DNA of 21,906 nt from Armatimonadota bacterium (GCA_034722055.1 JAYENL010000272.1:1-21906); one strand, 5' to 3'; positions 7,947 to 17,292 are shown, counted from the stretch's first letter. A program made the numbers and translations. Notes: generated from the letters alone by a model not told the origin.

Positions 7947-9428
7947 ATGGAGGGGCGCTTCGAGAAGAAAGGTCTCTCCTTCGACGACGTTCTGCTGATT
8001 CCGGACAGGACGGAAAGCGAGAAGTACGACGTCTCGGTCACGACCTTCATCACGCCACAGATCGGGCTGAACATCCCCATCGTCAGCGCCGCCATGGACC
8101 GCGTCACGGAGGCGCGGCTGGCCATCGCCCTGGCTCGGGAGGGCGGCATCGGCGTGATCCACCGGAACATGGACCCGGAGTCGCAGGCGGTGGAGGTCGA
8201 TCGCGTGAAGCGGTCGGAGAGCGGGATGATCATCGATCCCTACACCCTGGGCCCCGACCAGACGGTGCGCGAGGCGCTGCAGATCATGGCCGAGTACCAC
8301 ATCTCGGGGCTGCCCGTCACTGATACGGACGGTAAGCTTCTGGGGATCCTGACCAACCGGGACCTGCGATTCGAGACGGACCTGGATAAGCGCGTGTCGG
8401 ATGCCATGACGCGGGAGGGGCTGGTGACCACAGGGGAGGGGACGACGCTGGAGGAGGCCAAGTCCATTCTCCACGAGCACAGGATCGAGAAGCTGCCGGT
8501 GGTGGAGGAAGATGGGCGCCTGCTGGGCCTGATCACGATCAAGGACATCGAGAAGGTGGCCCAGTTCCCCAACGCGTGCAAGGACGCGCACGGGCGCCTG
8601 CGCGTGGCGGCGGCGGTGGGGGTGGGGGAGGACGCCCGCGCCCGGGGGCGCGTGCTGGCTGACAGAGGCGTTGATCTGATCGTGGTGGATGCCGCGCACG
8701 GGCACGCCGGGAGCGTCATCGACACTGTGAAGGCGCTGAAGGGCGACCTCCCGGAGCTGCAGGTGGTGGCCGGCAACGTGGCCACGGCCAAGGGCGTGGA
8801 GGCCCTGGCGGAGGCCGGCGCGGACGGCGTCAAGGTTGGCATCGGGCCCGGCTCGATCTGCACCACTCGGGTCGTAGCCGGGGCGGGGGTGCCCCAGATC
8901 ACGGCCATCCACGACTGCTCGGCGGCCGCCGCCGAGCTGGGTGTGACGACCATCGCCGACGGGGGCATCCGCTACTCGGGCGATATCACCAAGGCCATCG
9001 CGGCCGGGGCCGATTGCGTCATGATCGGCTCGCTGCTGGCCGGCACCGAGGAGAGTCCCGGTGAGACAGTGCTCTACCGGGGGCGCACCTACAAGGAGTA
9101 CCGCGGGATGGGCTCTATTGCGGCCATGCGGGATCGGGCGTCGGTGCGCGACCGCTACGGTCAGACGCACATCGTGGAGGAAGAGGAGCTGGTTCCCGAG
9201 GGCCTGGAGGGCCGAGTGCCGCATAAGGGCGCGCTCTCGGGCGTGGTGCACCAGCTCGTGGGAGGACTGCAGTCCGGGATGGGCTACTGTGGCGTGAGGA
9301 ACGTCGAGGAGCTGAAGACGAAGGCGCGCTTCATCCGTATCACCTCCGCCGGGATGCACGAGAGCCACCCGCACGACATCACGATCACCGAGGAAGCGCC
9401 CAACTACCGCATCCCGGACAACTTCTGA
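7947..9428 (+). CDS. guaB: IMP dehydrogenase with CBS pair
   Basis: [26 protein letters not shown], catalytic [43 protein letters not shown] before ATG 7947. Confidence 0.98.
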   Translation: MEGRFEKKGLSFDDVLLIPDRTESEKYDVSVTTFITPQIGLNIPIVSAAMDRVTEARLAIALAREGGIGVIHRNMDPESQAVEVDRVKRSESGMIIDPYTLGPDQTVREALQIMAEYHISGLPVTDTDGKLLGILTNRDLRFETDLDKRVSDAMTREGLVTTGEGTTLEEAKSILHEHRIEKLPVVEEDGRLLGLITIKDIEKVAQFPNACKDAHGRLRVAAAVGVGEDARARGRVLADRGVDLIVVDAAHGHAGSVIDTVKALKGDLPELQVVAGNVATAKGVEALAEAGADGVKVGIGPGSICTTRVVAGAGVPQITAIHDCSAAAAELGVTTIADGGIRYSGDITKAIAAGADCVMIGSLLAGTEESPGETVLYRGRTYKEYRGMGSIAAMRDRASVRDRYGQTHIVEEEELVPEGLEGRVPHKGALSGVVHQLVGGLQSGMGYCGVRNVEELKTKARFIRITSAGMHESHPHDITITEEAPNYRIPDNF

Positions 9429-9632
9429 GGCCGGCGATGCCAGAGCGCAGGTGGCGGTGATCGGCGGGGGGCGCGCTGCGTTTTCCTCGACACGTCTCTC
9501 CCAGCTCCCTCTTATCATTCAAGGGCGCGACTACGGGAGCTGCCGCGCAGGTCACGCGCGTAGCAGTTCCCTTCCGTTTGCAGGGGCGGGCCTCGGTTCC
9601 CGGCCGGTTGCTGTTCATCTGAGGTGAGTGCC

Positions 9633-10361
9633 GTGGGCGGGATCATCGACATGGTCACGAGCTTCGGGATAGACCCGACGCGCCAGACGAGCTGGGGCGT
9701 GGAGGAGCTGCTGGCGATCCTGGAGAGGCATGAGGTGGAGCGAGCCTTCACACACTCGCTGCGGGCTGTGCACTACGCCGGTCGGGAGGGCAATGATGAG
9801 ACCCTTCGCCTGTGTGCCGAGCACGACGCTCTGGAGCCCGTCGCGACTGTGGACCCTCGGCGGTACTTCGACGCGCATGAGGACGTGCGGCGGCGGTTCG
9901 AGGAGGGCTGCCGGGTCTTCCGCTTCTTCCCCGACGTGCAGGGATGGCCCTTCGAGTTCCTGCCCTTCGTGAAGATCTGCGAGACGCTGGCGGAGCTCGG
10001 GGCGCGGGTGATCGTGCCCGCGAGCAGTTGCGGAGAGGCCACGCGAGTGGCCGAGCGGCTGGCGGACCTTGAGCTACCGGTGCTGCTGATCGGTGGGGGC
10101 TACACGAACATCGGCGAGCTGCTGGCGGTGATGGCGGAGTTCCCCAACATCTACTGCGACGCGCACATGCACGATAGCCCCTCCGCGCTGGAGGTCATCA
10201 TGGCGCACTGCGGGGAGGACCGGGTCATGTTCGGCTCGGACTCGCCGGTGCGGGAGTTCCTGCCGCCGCTGCTGATGGCGCGGCACGCTGAGATCACCGA
10301 CGAGCAGCGGCGGCGCTACCTGCGCGAGAATGCGCTGGCGTTCCTGGGGGAGGGAGTGTAG
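9633..10361 (+). CDS. Amidohydrolase_2-family TIM-barrel protein with degenerate metal site
   Basis: PNIYCD, GEDRVMFGSDSP and L.ENA..F family motifs; beta1 reads IIDMVTS instead of IDxHxH. GAGGTG RBS favours GTG 9633. Confidence 0.8.
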   Translation: MGGIIDMVTSFGIDPTRQTSWGVEELLAILERHEVERAFTHSLRAVHYAGREGNDETLRLCAEHDALEPVATVDPRRYFDAHEDVRRRFEEGCRVFRFFPDVQGWPFEFLPFVKICETLAELGARVIVPASSCGEATRVAERLADLELPVLLIGGGYTNIGELLAVMAEFPNIYCDAHMHDSPSALEVIMAHCGEDRVMFGSDSPVREFLPPLLMARHAEITDEQRRRYLRENALAFLGEGV

Positions 10362-11087
10362 ATGCAGAAGATCGACATGCACGCACATCTCGGGCACTGG
10401 GCGTTCGCCATCCCGAACTCCGGGACTGTGGAGTCGCTGCTGCACCTGTGCGAGCGCTACGATATTCGCTACGTCGCGGCCTCGTCCACGCACGCGATCG
10501 TCTACGACATGCAGTCGGGCAATGAGGAGATGGCGGAGGCGGCCCGCGAACATGAGTGGCTGCTGATGTACGTGTACGCGAACCCGAACGTCCTCGACCA
10601 ATCGTGCGCCGAAATGGACCGCTACCTGCCGGAGGACTTCGCGGTGGGCGTGAAGATCCACTGCAACTACTCCGCGACCGGCACCGGCGAGCCCCGCATG
10701 CACGACCTCATGGCGGAGATCGCGCGGCGGACGAGCCTCGTGAAGATCCATCCCGGCGCGGCCGAGGACCTGGCACAGTGGGCGCGCGTGTACCGTGACC
10801 TGAACATCATCATCGCCCACTCGTTCGCCGCCAGCTACGCCGCGGCAGTCGATCTGGCGCTGGCGCACAGCAACATCTACCTGGACTTCTGTTCCAGTCA
10901 GGCGACGAGGGGAAGGGTCCGCTACGCGCTGGATCGGTGCGGGCCGGGGCAGATCGTGTTCGGCTCGGACATGGACCTGCTGGACCCGGCGTGGAGCATG
11001 GGCATATTCGAGGGCGCGGACCTGACTGACGAGGAGCGTCAGGCGGTCTACTGGGATAACGCGGCGAGGCTGCTGGGAGTGCAGTAG
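10362..11087 (+). CDS. Amidohydrolase_2-family metal-dependent hydrolase
   Basis: IDMHAH, GVKIH, KIHPG, IIAH, NIYLD, IVFGSD, NAARLL; ATG abuts the upstream TAG. Confidence 0.9.
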   Translation: MQKIDMHAHLGHWAFAIPNSGTVESLLHLCERYDIRYVAASSTHAIVYDMQSGNEEMAEAAREHEWLLMYVYANPNVLDQSCAEMDRYLPEDFAVGVKIHCNYSATGTGEPRMHDLMAEIARRTSLVKIHPGAAEDLAQWARVYRDLNIIIAHSFAASYAAAVDLALAHSNIYLDFCSSQATRGRVRYALDRCGPGQIVFGSDMDLLDPAWSMGIFEGADLTDEERQAVYWDNAARLLGVQ

Positions 11088-11127
11088 GCTGGGCCTCGGG
11101 CACGGTCTGTTGCCGCCGGAGGCGGGG

Positions 11128-11156
11128 TTGACAGCGAGCGGCGGGTTCGGTATCAT
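11128..11156 (+). promoter_or_regulatory. Sigma70-type promoter for tRNA-Glu
   Basis: TTGACA (11128-11133), 17-nt spacer, TATCAT (11151-11156), 18 nt before the tRNA. Confidence 0.85.
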
Positions 11157-11174
11157 AACGTGCGTGCAGAAGGT

Positions 11175-11249
11175 GCGCCCATGGTCTAGCGGTGAGGATA
11201 CCGGGTTCTCAGCCCGGGGGCCGGGGTTCGACTCCCCGTGGGCGTACCA
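11175..11249 (+). tRNA. tRNA-Glu (anticodon CTC)
   Basis: Acceptor stem GCGCCCA/TGGGCGT, then A-CCA; D arm TGGTCTAGCGGTGAGGAT; anticodon arm CCGGG-TT-CTC-AG-CCCGG; T arm CGGGG-TTCGACT-CCCCG. Confidence 0.97.
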
Positions 11250-11308
11250 GCGATAGTCTCTCGCCGGCCTGCTCAGAGGCAGATGCGGGCCGAGCGCGGG
11301 CATTCGGA

Positions 11309-11345
11309 GGCCGCGCAGGCTCGGCTGCGCGGCCGTTTTGTGTTT
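11309..11345 (+). terminator. Intrinsic terminator after tRNA-Glu
   Basis: GGCCGCGCAG (11309-11318) / CTGCGCGGCC (11325-11334) perfect stem followed by GTTTTGTGTTT. Confidence 0.75.
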
Positions 11346-11374
11346 CTGGGGGCAGCGTCAGGGAGGGTGCGAGC

Positions 11375-11908
11375 GTGAGCGCCTACGAGATTGACGGGCT
11401 GACCGTGGAGGTCGCGGAGGGCGACATCACGGAGGCCGACGTGGAGGCCATAGCCAACGCCGCCAATAACCACCTGTGGATGGGCGCCGGCGTGGCCGGT
11501 GCCATCAGGCGCAGGGGCGGCGAGCAGGTCGAGCGCGAGGCGGTCAGCAAGGGTCCCATCGAGGTCGGCTCGGCAGTGGAGACGAGCGCCGGCGATCTGC
11601 CCCATCGGTACGTCATTCACGGAGCGGTGATGGGCCAGGACCTGCAGACGGATGCGGAGCTGATTGCCCAGACCACCACGAGCTGCCTGGCGCTGGCGGA
11701 CGAGCTGGGTGTCAGCTCACTGGCCCTGCCGGCGTTTGGCACGGGCGTCGGGGGCGTGGATGTCACCGAGTGCGCCGGGGCGATGCTGAGCGCCATCGAG
11801 CAGTTCGCGGGCCCGCAGGAGAGCCTGGAGCGTGTGGTGCTGGTGCTGTTCGGTGAGGACACCTGGAGGGCGTTCGACGACGTGGCGAAGGAGGCGCTGG
11901 GCGAGTGA
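11375..11908 (+). CDS. Macro domain protein (YmdB/MacroD-like ADP-ribose binding or hydrolase)
   Basis: GDIT, AIANAAN, MGAGVAGAI, YVIHGAV, SLALPAFGTGVGG; GGGAGG RBS before GTG 11375. Confidence 0.93.
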   Translation: MSAYEIDGLTVEVAEGDITEADVEAIANAANNHLWMGAGVAGAIRRRGGEQVEREAVSKGPIEVGSAVETSAGDLPHRYVIHGAVMGQDLQTDAELIAQTTTSCLALADELGVSSLALPAFGTGVGGVDVTECAGAMLSAIEQFAGPQESLERVVLVLFGEDTWRAFDDVAKEALGE

Positions 11909-12921
11909 CGGCACGCCCGGCGCACGCGCTGCTGGTGGCTCCGGCCATGTTGGTGATGGCCGGCGCCCTCGGCTACGGCGAGCCAGGCATGGATGGATGC
12001 GCAAGCTATCTCGCTGCGCGGCAGCGCCTGGCGCCGGTGGCGATCCCCTCCCGGGAGGCACTGCGGACGGCGGTGGGCGGAGCGGAGACCTCGACGGTGG
12101 AGCTGATCGGCGATGTCAGCGGCATGGCGTCCTCGTCGGTGGGCTCCGAGGGCGAGGTGGAGCGGACGGTGATGATGACACTCGACGATGGGTCGAGTGT
12201 GGCGATGCACGCCGCCGCGAGCGTGGAGCCGCTGCGAGTGGGCGACCGGATCGCCGCCATCGCGAGCATCCAGCGACAGGGCTCGCCGACGAATGACCTC
12301 GTGCTGGAGGCCTGGGTCAGAGAGTGGGACCTGCCGCGAGAGGAGCCCGCGGAGGGGGCGCCGGAGGAGGCCGAAGACACGGCAATCGAGCAGGAGCTGC
12401 CCCAGCAGCTTCCGCGGCCGGCGGCAGTCGCCACCTGTCGCGTGGACGCCATCGATGTGTGGCGGCGGTGGGTGCTCAAGCACAACCCGCGGCTGAGCCG
12501 GCAGCAGGCCACGAACATCGTCCGATGGGTGCTACACTACGCGCAGGAGTACAACGTCAACCACAAGCTGGTCTTCGCGCTCATCAAGTGGGAGTCGTGG
12601 TTCGACCCAGGGTGCGTATCACACGCGGGAGCCATGGGCCTGATGCAACTGATGCCGGGCACGGCGCGATCCCTGGGCGTCAGTCCCCGCAACGTGCAGC
12701 AGAATATCGAGGGCGGTGTGCGATACCTGGCGGAGCAGCTCGCGGCCTATCGGGATCTTCCCAACTACCAGCGGGTCATCCTGGCGCTGGCGTGCTACAA
12801 CGCAGGGCCCAATGCGGTGGAGGCGGCGGGCCATCGGGTTCCGGCCATCGCGGAGACCCAGCGATACGTGCGGAAGGTGAGCAGCACCTTCTACGAGCTC
12901 CACCAGGCCGGGATGCCGTAG
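11905..12921 (+). CDS. Lytic transglycosylase (SLT domain) with N-terminal export signal and probable OB-fold domain
   Basis: Catalytic ALIKWES, AGAMGLMQLMP.TA, NIEGGVRYL, ALACYNAGP, ETQRYV; hydrophobic N-terminus; GTGA overlap with the macro gene. Confidence 0.9.
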   Translation: MTARPAHALLVAPAMLVMAGALGYGEPGMDGCASYLAARQRLAPVAIPSREALRTAVGGAETSTVELIGDVSGMASSSVGSEGEVERTVMMTLDDGSSVAMHAAASVEPLRVGDRIAAIASIQRQGSPTNDLVLEAWVREWDLPREEPAEGAPEEAEDTAIEQELPQQLPRPAAVATCRVDAIDVWRRWVLKHNPRLSRQQATNIVRWVLHYAQEYNVNHKLVFALIKWESWFDPGCVSHAGAMGLMQLMPGTARSLGVSPRNVQQNIEGGVRYLAEQLAAYRDLPNYQRVILALACYNAGPNAVEAAGHRVPAIAETQRYVRKVSSTFYELHQAGMP

Positions 12922-12929
12922 AGGTCACG

Positions 12930-13040
12930 ATGGATGAGATGGCGGCGGGCGCGGGGCCCGCCGCTTCTGTGTGTACCTGGCAGGATGAGGCTATGCGGGC
13001 TGCGATGGTCGCGCTGGTGGCGGAGATGCACGCGGAGTGA
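12930..13040 (+). CDS. Possible 36-aa small protein
   Basis: GAGGT just upstream of ATG 12930; mostly G/C third positions; no recognisable motif. Confidence 0.25.
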   Translation: MDEMAAGAGPAASVCTWQDEAMRAAMVALVAEMHAE

Positions 13041-13143
13041 ATCGAGGGCACGCGGTACCTGAACGTGGAGCTCAGGTCGTCTGGCCCGGAGGCGCGAGCC
13101 GGACAATCACCGCCCACGCCGACAAGACGGTGGCGGCGTCGCC

Positions 13144-13863
13144 TTAGGGGCAGGCCGCCACGAAGGCCTGGAAGATGCCGGCGATGCGCTCCTCGCGTGG
13201 CGCCATTAGCTCCGGGTGGCACTGCAGGCCGATGCAGAAGGCCCCGTGGTCCCGCTCGATAGCCTCGATGACCCCATCGTCGGTGTGCGCGACCGCCTGG
13301 AAGCCGTCCGCGACCTGGTCCACGGCCTGATGATGGAAGCTGTTCACTCCGATGCGCTGGCAGCCGAGGATCTCGCGCAGGCGGCTGCCCTCGGCGAGCG
13401 TGATGTCGTGCGTGGGGTACCAGCCTGGCGCGGACTGGCCGTGCTTGAGCGCTCCCTCGACCTCGCTGCTTACGTCCTGCAGGAGCGTGCCCCCGGCCAC
13501 GACGTCGAGTGCCTGGATGCCGCGGCAGATGGCCAGCAGTGGCATCTCCGGTCGCCCCAGCGCGAACTCGATGGCGATGCGGTCGAGATGGTCTCGCCTG
13601 GGGTTGATGGAGCCGAGCTTCGCGTGCGGCTGCCGGCCGTAGGAGCGGGGGTCGAAGTCCCCGCCGCCGGTGACCAGCAGCCCCTGGGCCAGCTCCAGCA
13701 GGGCCAGCAGGCGGTCGTCGGCCATGTCAGGGATCAGCAGCGGGGTGGCACCGGCGTCCTCCAGGCAATCGAGGTAGGCCTGGTTGACGAGCTGGCGGCC
13801 GGAGAAGGGGCCGCCGTCACCATCGGTGTGATTGCACAGCACGGCGATCCGCGGCTCGGCCAC
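13144..13863 (-). CDS. Peptidase C26 / gamma-glutamyl-gamma-aminobutyrate hydrolase family (PuuD-like class I glutamine amidotransferase)
   Basis: GLLVTGGGD..P..YG, RD..D, nucleophile AICRGIQ, GGTL.QD, VNSFHHQAV, DG.IEAIE, GLQCHPE. Confidence 0.93.
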   Translation of the reverse strand: MAEPRIAVLCNHTDGDGGPFSGRQLVNQAYLDCLEDAGATPLLIPDMADDRLLALLELAQGLLVTGGGDFDPRSYGRQPHAKLGSINPRRDHLDRIAIEFALGRPEMPLLAICRGIQALDVVAGGTLLQDVSSEVEGALKHGQSAPGWYPTHDITLAEGSRLREILGCQRIGVNSFHHQAVDQVADGFQAVAHTDDGVIEAIERDHGAFCIGLQCHPELMAPREERIAGIFQAFVAACP

Positions 13864-13865
13864 CG

Positions 13866-15476
13866 TTATCCCTCTTCCTCGGCGCGCGCTTGGCTGGCTC
13901 CGCGCGCATCACTCTCATCGCGGTGCCGCACACGGGGCAATCCCAGCCAGCCGGCGAGCATGAACAGGACGCAGGCGATGAGCAGCGGCGTGTCTCCCCA
14001 GCGGTGGTAGGCGGAGAGCTCCTCGCGCGGCGCGACCTCCGCCCACGCAGTGCCGGGCTGGGCGACGGGCACATCCGCCAGGACCTCGCCCCAGGGGGTC
14101 ACGACCTGGGAGCGGCCCCAGGTGCCGGCGCGCACGACGTAGCGTCGGGCCTCGACGGCGCGAGCTGGGGCGGTGACGGAGTGCTGCTCGATCTCCGGGG
14201 TGCCGGCGGCCCAGGCGTCGCTGGTGGCGAGGATGATGAGGTCCGCCCCCAGGCGGGTGTTGGCTCTGACGGCGTGTGGGAAGAGCCCCTCGAAGCAGAT
14301 CAGGGGGCCGGCGGAGTATTCCCCGAGATGGAGGAGTCTGTGCCGCTCCCCGGGCGAGAAATCGACGTCGCGGAGGGTGAAGCGGGCCAGCCACGGGAAG
14401 CGCTCGCGCATGGGCACGCACTCTCCGAAGGGCACCAGGATGACCTTGCGGTAGGTCTCGGTCTGCTGGCCCTCCGGCGAGAACAGGTAGAGCGTGTTGT
14501 AGACGCGCCCGTCCGCCAGCTCGAAGGCGCCGGTCACCAGCCAGGCCGACTTCTCCTCGGCGAACTCGGCGAGCTCTTCCGCCAGGTCGGGGGCGAGGTT
14601 GAGGGCCATGGGGACGGCCACCTCGGGCCAGACGATGAGATCAACCGACTCCGGGATGGTGCGGGAGAGCGTCAGATAGGTCTCGTGCGCCACGCGCGCG
14701 TCCTCTTCAGTGGCGTCCTCACTGTCGCCGAGAACGCCCTGGACGACGGCCGCCTCCAGCATGTGCTCGTCAGTGACCGCCCTCGCGCTGTTGAGCACAA
14801 GCGCGCCCCAGAGATAGATGAGGAGGATGAGGATGTACCCGCCCAGGGCTGTGCGGGCGGCGAGCTGGGCGAACTGGCGGGGGTGGATAGCCGGCCGGAC
14901 CCAGATGCCGGGGGCGAGGGCCAGGACGGCCTGCGCCACGGCGGCGTTGAGAAGCGCGATGAAGAAGCCCAATCCGTAGTGACCGACCATGCTGGCGGCC
15001 TGAAGGATCGGGAGGGTGTCGTGCTGAGTGTAGCCGAGGTCGCCAAGGGTGAAGCCGAGGGCACCGATGCCGCCGCGGAGCATCTCCGCAAGCGTCCAGG
15101 CCGCGGCCACACCCAGCGCGCGGACAGCGGGGTGCGGGGAGCGGTTGCAGGCGGCACCGGCAAAGCCGAAGAGGCCCAGGAAGAGGGTCTCGAAGCCGAT
15201 GGTGGCGAACCATGGGAAGCGGCCGTAGTTGAGCATGAAGGAGCCGCAGAGGCCCATGAACGTGAAGCCGAAGACGAGCCCGAGAACGAGGCCGGCCGGG
15301 GCCCGGACCTGCGTGAGGGCAAGGAAGAGCGGGATCAGCGCGATCCAGGCCAGTGGCCCCAGGTCGGCGGGCGGGAAGCAGAGGTAGACCAGGAGGCCCG
15401 AGAGCACCGCCAGCCCGAGCTTCCACCAGGTGAGGCGGGAGGCCGCGGCGAGGCTTGGCTGCTGGGGCTGGGTCAT
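13866..15476 (-). CDS. lnt: Apolipoprotein N-acyltransferase
   Basis: Multiple TMs (FPP..LGPLAWIAL.P; E.LRG...GF..G.LGYTQ) followed by the nitrilase-fold triad WPE / YRKVILVPFGE / ICFE and RAVE.RR. Start placed at ATG 15476 to avoid overlap with the aminotransferase. Confidence 0.95.
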   Translation of the reverse strand: MTQPQQPSLAAASRLTWWKLGLAVLSGLLVYLCFPPADLGPLAWIALIPLFLALTQVRAPAGLVLGLVFGFTFMGLCGSFMLNYGRFPWFATIGFETLFLGLFGFAGAACNRSPHPAVRALGVAAAWTLAEMLRGGIGALGFTLGDLGYTQHDTLPILQAASMVGHYGLGFFIALLNAAVAQAVLALAPGIWVRPAIHPRQFAQLAARTALGGYILILLIYLWGALVLNSARAVTDEHMLEAAVVQGVLGDSEDATEEDARVAHETYLTLSRTIPESVDLIVWPEVAVPMALNLAPDLAEELAEFAEEKSAWLVTGAFELADGRVYNTLYLFSPEGQQTETYRKVILVPFGECVPMRERFPWLARFTLRDVDFSPGERHRLLHLGEYSAGPLICFEGLFPHAVRANTRLGADLIILATSDAWAAGTPEIEQHSVTAPARAVEARRYVVRAGTWGRSQVVTPWGEVLADVPVAQPGTAWAEVAPREELSAYHRWGDTPLLIACVLFMLAGWLGLPRVRHRDESDARGASQARAEEEG

Positions 15477-15492
15477 GGGGATCCAGGCGACC

Positions 15493-16695
15493 TCACTGGG
15501 CGGCCGTGACCTCACCGGAATCGAGCCGCTGCAGAAAGAGCTCCATGCGGGAGAGCGCCTCGCGGAGGTCGCCGATGCTGCTGGCGTAGCTGCAGCGCAC
15601 ATGCCCCTCGCCGGCGGCGCCAAAGGCACTGCCGGGGACGACCGCCACGCGCTGATCCATGAGCAGGCTCTTCGCGAACTGCGGGGAGGTCAGGCCTGTG
15701 CGATGGATTGACGGGAAGGCGTAGAAGGCGCCCATGGGCTCGAAGCACTCCAGGCCGATGCGGTTGAGGCCGTTGACGAAGACGCGGCGGCGCTGATCGT
15801 ACTCGGCGACCATGCGGGCGCGGTCGTCCTGGCCGTGGCGGAGGGCCTCGATGGCGGCCACCTGTGCCATGATGGGCACGCACATGGTGGTGTAGGCGTG
15901 GATGCGGGTCATGGCCTCGATGATGTCTGCGGGGCCACAGGCGTAGCCAATGCGCCAGCCGGTCATGGCATCGGCCTTGGAGAATCCGTTGAGCAGCAGG
16001 GTGCGCTCGTACATGCCGGGCAGCGAGGCCGTGCATACGTGCGCGCCCTCGTAGGTCAGCTCCGCGTAGACCTCGTCCGCGATGAGCAGCAGGTCCCGGT
16101 CGGCGGCCACCTCAGCGACGCGCTGGAGATGCTCCCGGCGCATGACCGCACCGGTGGGATTGCTGGGATTGCTGAACAGCAGCGCCCGCGTGCGGTCCGA
16201 GCAGGCGTCGGCGAGCGGCCCGGGCCGGAGGCGGAACTGGTCCTGGAGCCGGGTGGGGACGTGAACCGGCCTGCCGTCGGCAAGCTCGACACATGGGCCG
16301 TAGGAGACGTAGCAGGGATCCGGGATGAGCACCTCGTCGCCGGGATCAAGCAGGGCGCGCATGACCAGATCGACGGCCTCGCTGACGCCGACTGTAACGA
16401 GGATCTGCTCCTCAGGGTCATAGGCGACGCCGTACTTGGCGTGGATGTAGCGTGAGATCTCCTCCCTCAGCTCCTGCAACCCCCAGTTGCTGGTGTAGGA
16501 GGTGGCGCCATTGCGCAGGGACTCGATGACCGAGTCGCAGATGCGCCAGGGAGTGGGGAAGTCCGGCTCGCCCACGCCGAGGCTGATGACGTCATCCATG
16601 CCGACGACCAGGTCGAAGAACTCCCGAATGCCGGACGGCTGCAGCTCCTCCGCGCGCCTGGAAACGCCGCTTGAGGTGCTCTGCTTGATGCTCAC
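15493..16695 (-). CDS. PLP-dependent class I/II aminotransferase (B. subtilis YugH/AlaT-like)
   Basis: PSGIREFFD, ISLGVGEPDF.TP, NPSNPTG, DEVY, PLP-lysine motif NGFSKADAMTGWRIG, GAFY.FP, PGSAFG..GEGHVR.SYA. Confidence 0.95.
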   Translation of the reverse strand: MSIKQSTSSGVSRRAEELQPSGIREFFDLVVGMDDVISLGVGEPDFPTPWRICDSVIESLRNGATSYTSNWGLQELREEISRYIHAKYGVAYDPEEQILVTVGVSEAVDLVMRALLDPGDEVLIPDPCYVSYGPCVELADGRPVHVPTRLQDQFRLRPGPLADACSDRTRALLFSNPSNPTGAVMRREHLQRVAEVAADRDLLLIADEVYAELTYEGAHVCTASLPGMYERTLLLNGFSKADAMTGWRIGYACGPADIIEAMTRIHAYTTMCVPIMAQVAAIEALRHGQDDRARMVAEYDQRRRVFVNGLNRIGLECFEPMGAFYAFPSIHRTGLTSPQFAKSLLMDQRVAVVPGSAFGAAGEGHVRCSYASSIGDLREALSRMELFLQRLDSGEVTAAQ

Positions 16696-17174
16696 GGGGA
16701 CACCGCCAGTCTGCGAGTGGTGGGCTGCTCGCCGATGAGCCGGCCCTCGAGCTTGTAGGTTTTGAGGACGAACGAGGTGGAGGTTCCGGAGACGCCCGGC
16801 GACGGTGCCAGCTTCTCCGCCACGAAGCGGGCGATGTCGCGGAAGTCGCGACCCTCCACAACCACGGTAAGATCGGCGGTGCCTGAGGTCAGATGCAGGG
16901 AGTGGACCTCCTCGAAGCGCGCCACGTGCTCGGCGAGTCGGTCGAAGCCTACGCCATGCTCGGGCGTTCCCTCAACGAGGATGAAGGCGAAGACGCGCTC
17001 CACGTCGGTGTTCGACCAGTCCACCAGAGCGCGATAGCCGAGGATGGTGTGGTCGCTCTCCATGGCCTCCACGGCGTCGCGGACCTCCTCCGCGGTGAGG
17101 CCGAGACGCTCGGCGATCTCCTCGTCTGGGAGGCGCCCCTCCTGGGTGAGGATCCGCAGGATCTTCTCTCGCAT
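16692..17174 (-). CDS. Lrp/AsnC family transcriptional regulator (YugG/AlaR-like)
   Basis: N-terminal HTH (IL..L...GR....IAERLG), I.GY.ALVDW, RAM domain EV.S..L.SG..DL, T.T.FVLK.YK; GTGA overlap with the aminotransferase. Confidence 0.92.
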   Translation of the reverse strand: MREKILRILTQEGRLPDEEIAERLGLTAEEVRDAVEAMESDHTILGYRALVDWSNTDVERVFAFILVEGTPEHGVGFDRLAEHVARFEEVHSLHLTSGTADLTVVVEGRDFRDIARFVAEKLAPSPGVSGTSTSFVLKTYKLEGRLIGEQPTTRRLAVSP

Positions 17175-17292
17175 GTTGTTCGCCCTTTCCCCGGCGGATC
17201 TCGGTACTGCCCGGTGCTATGACGAAGCTGCGCGTGCCTGCCGGAGCCCTTCGCGGCACACGCAGCCGACGACGTGGCAGTGTCGCTCGCGG

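Noticed and set aside
9509..9580. CTCTTATCA resembling the start of a SAM-I riboswitch
   Set aside because: No following AGAG/GAGGGA kink-turn, no GCAACC and no closing GATAAG/GATGAG downstream.
9580..11108. Shared GGGCCTCGG in two intergenic spots (about 9588 and about 11091) as a REP family
   Set aside because: Only a 9-nt GC-rich match with poor palindromes; compatible with chance.
11192..11374. ORF-track N-terminal extension of the macro protein (likewise starts 2871, 3532, 6000, 7863, 15629)
   Set aside because: These extensions overlap the tRNA, a terminator or neighbouring genes, or lack an RBS; downstream starts fit the RBS and domain boundaries better.
11175..13143. tRNA-Glu as the integration site of an island or prophage (macro and SLT genes downstream)
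   Set aside because: No integrase, no duplicated tRNA 3' end noticed in the window, no phage or conjugation genes, and no obvious compositional shift.
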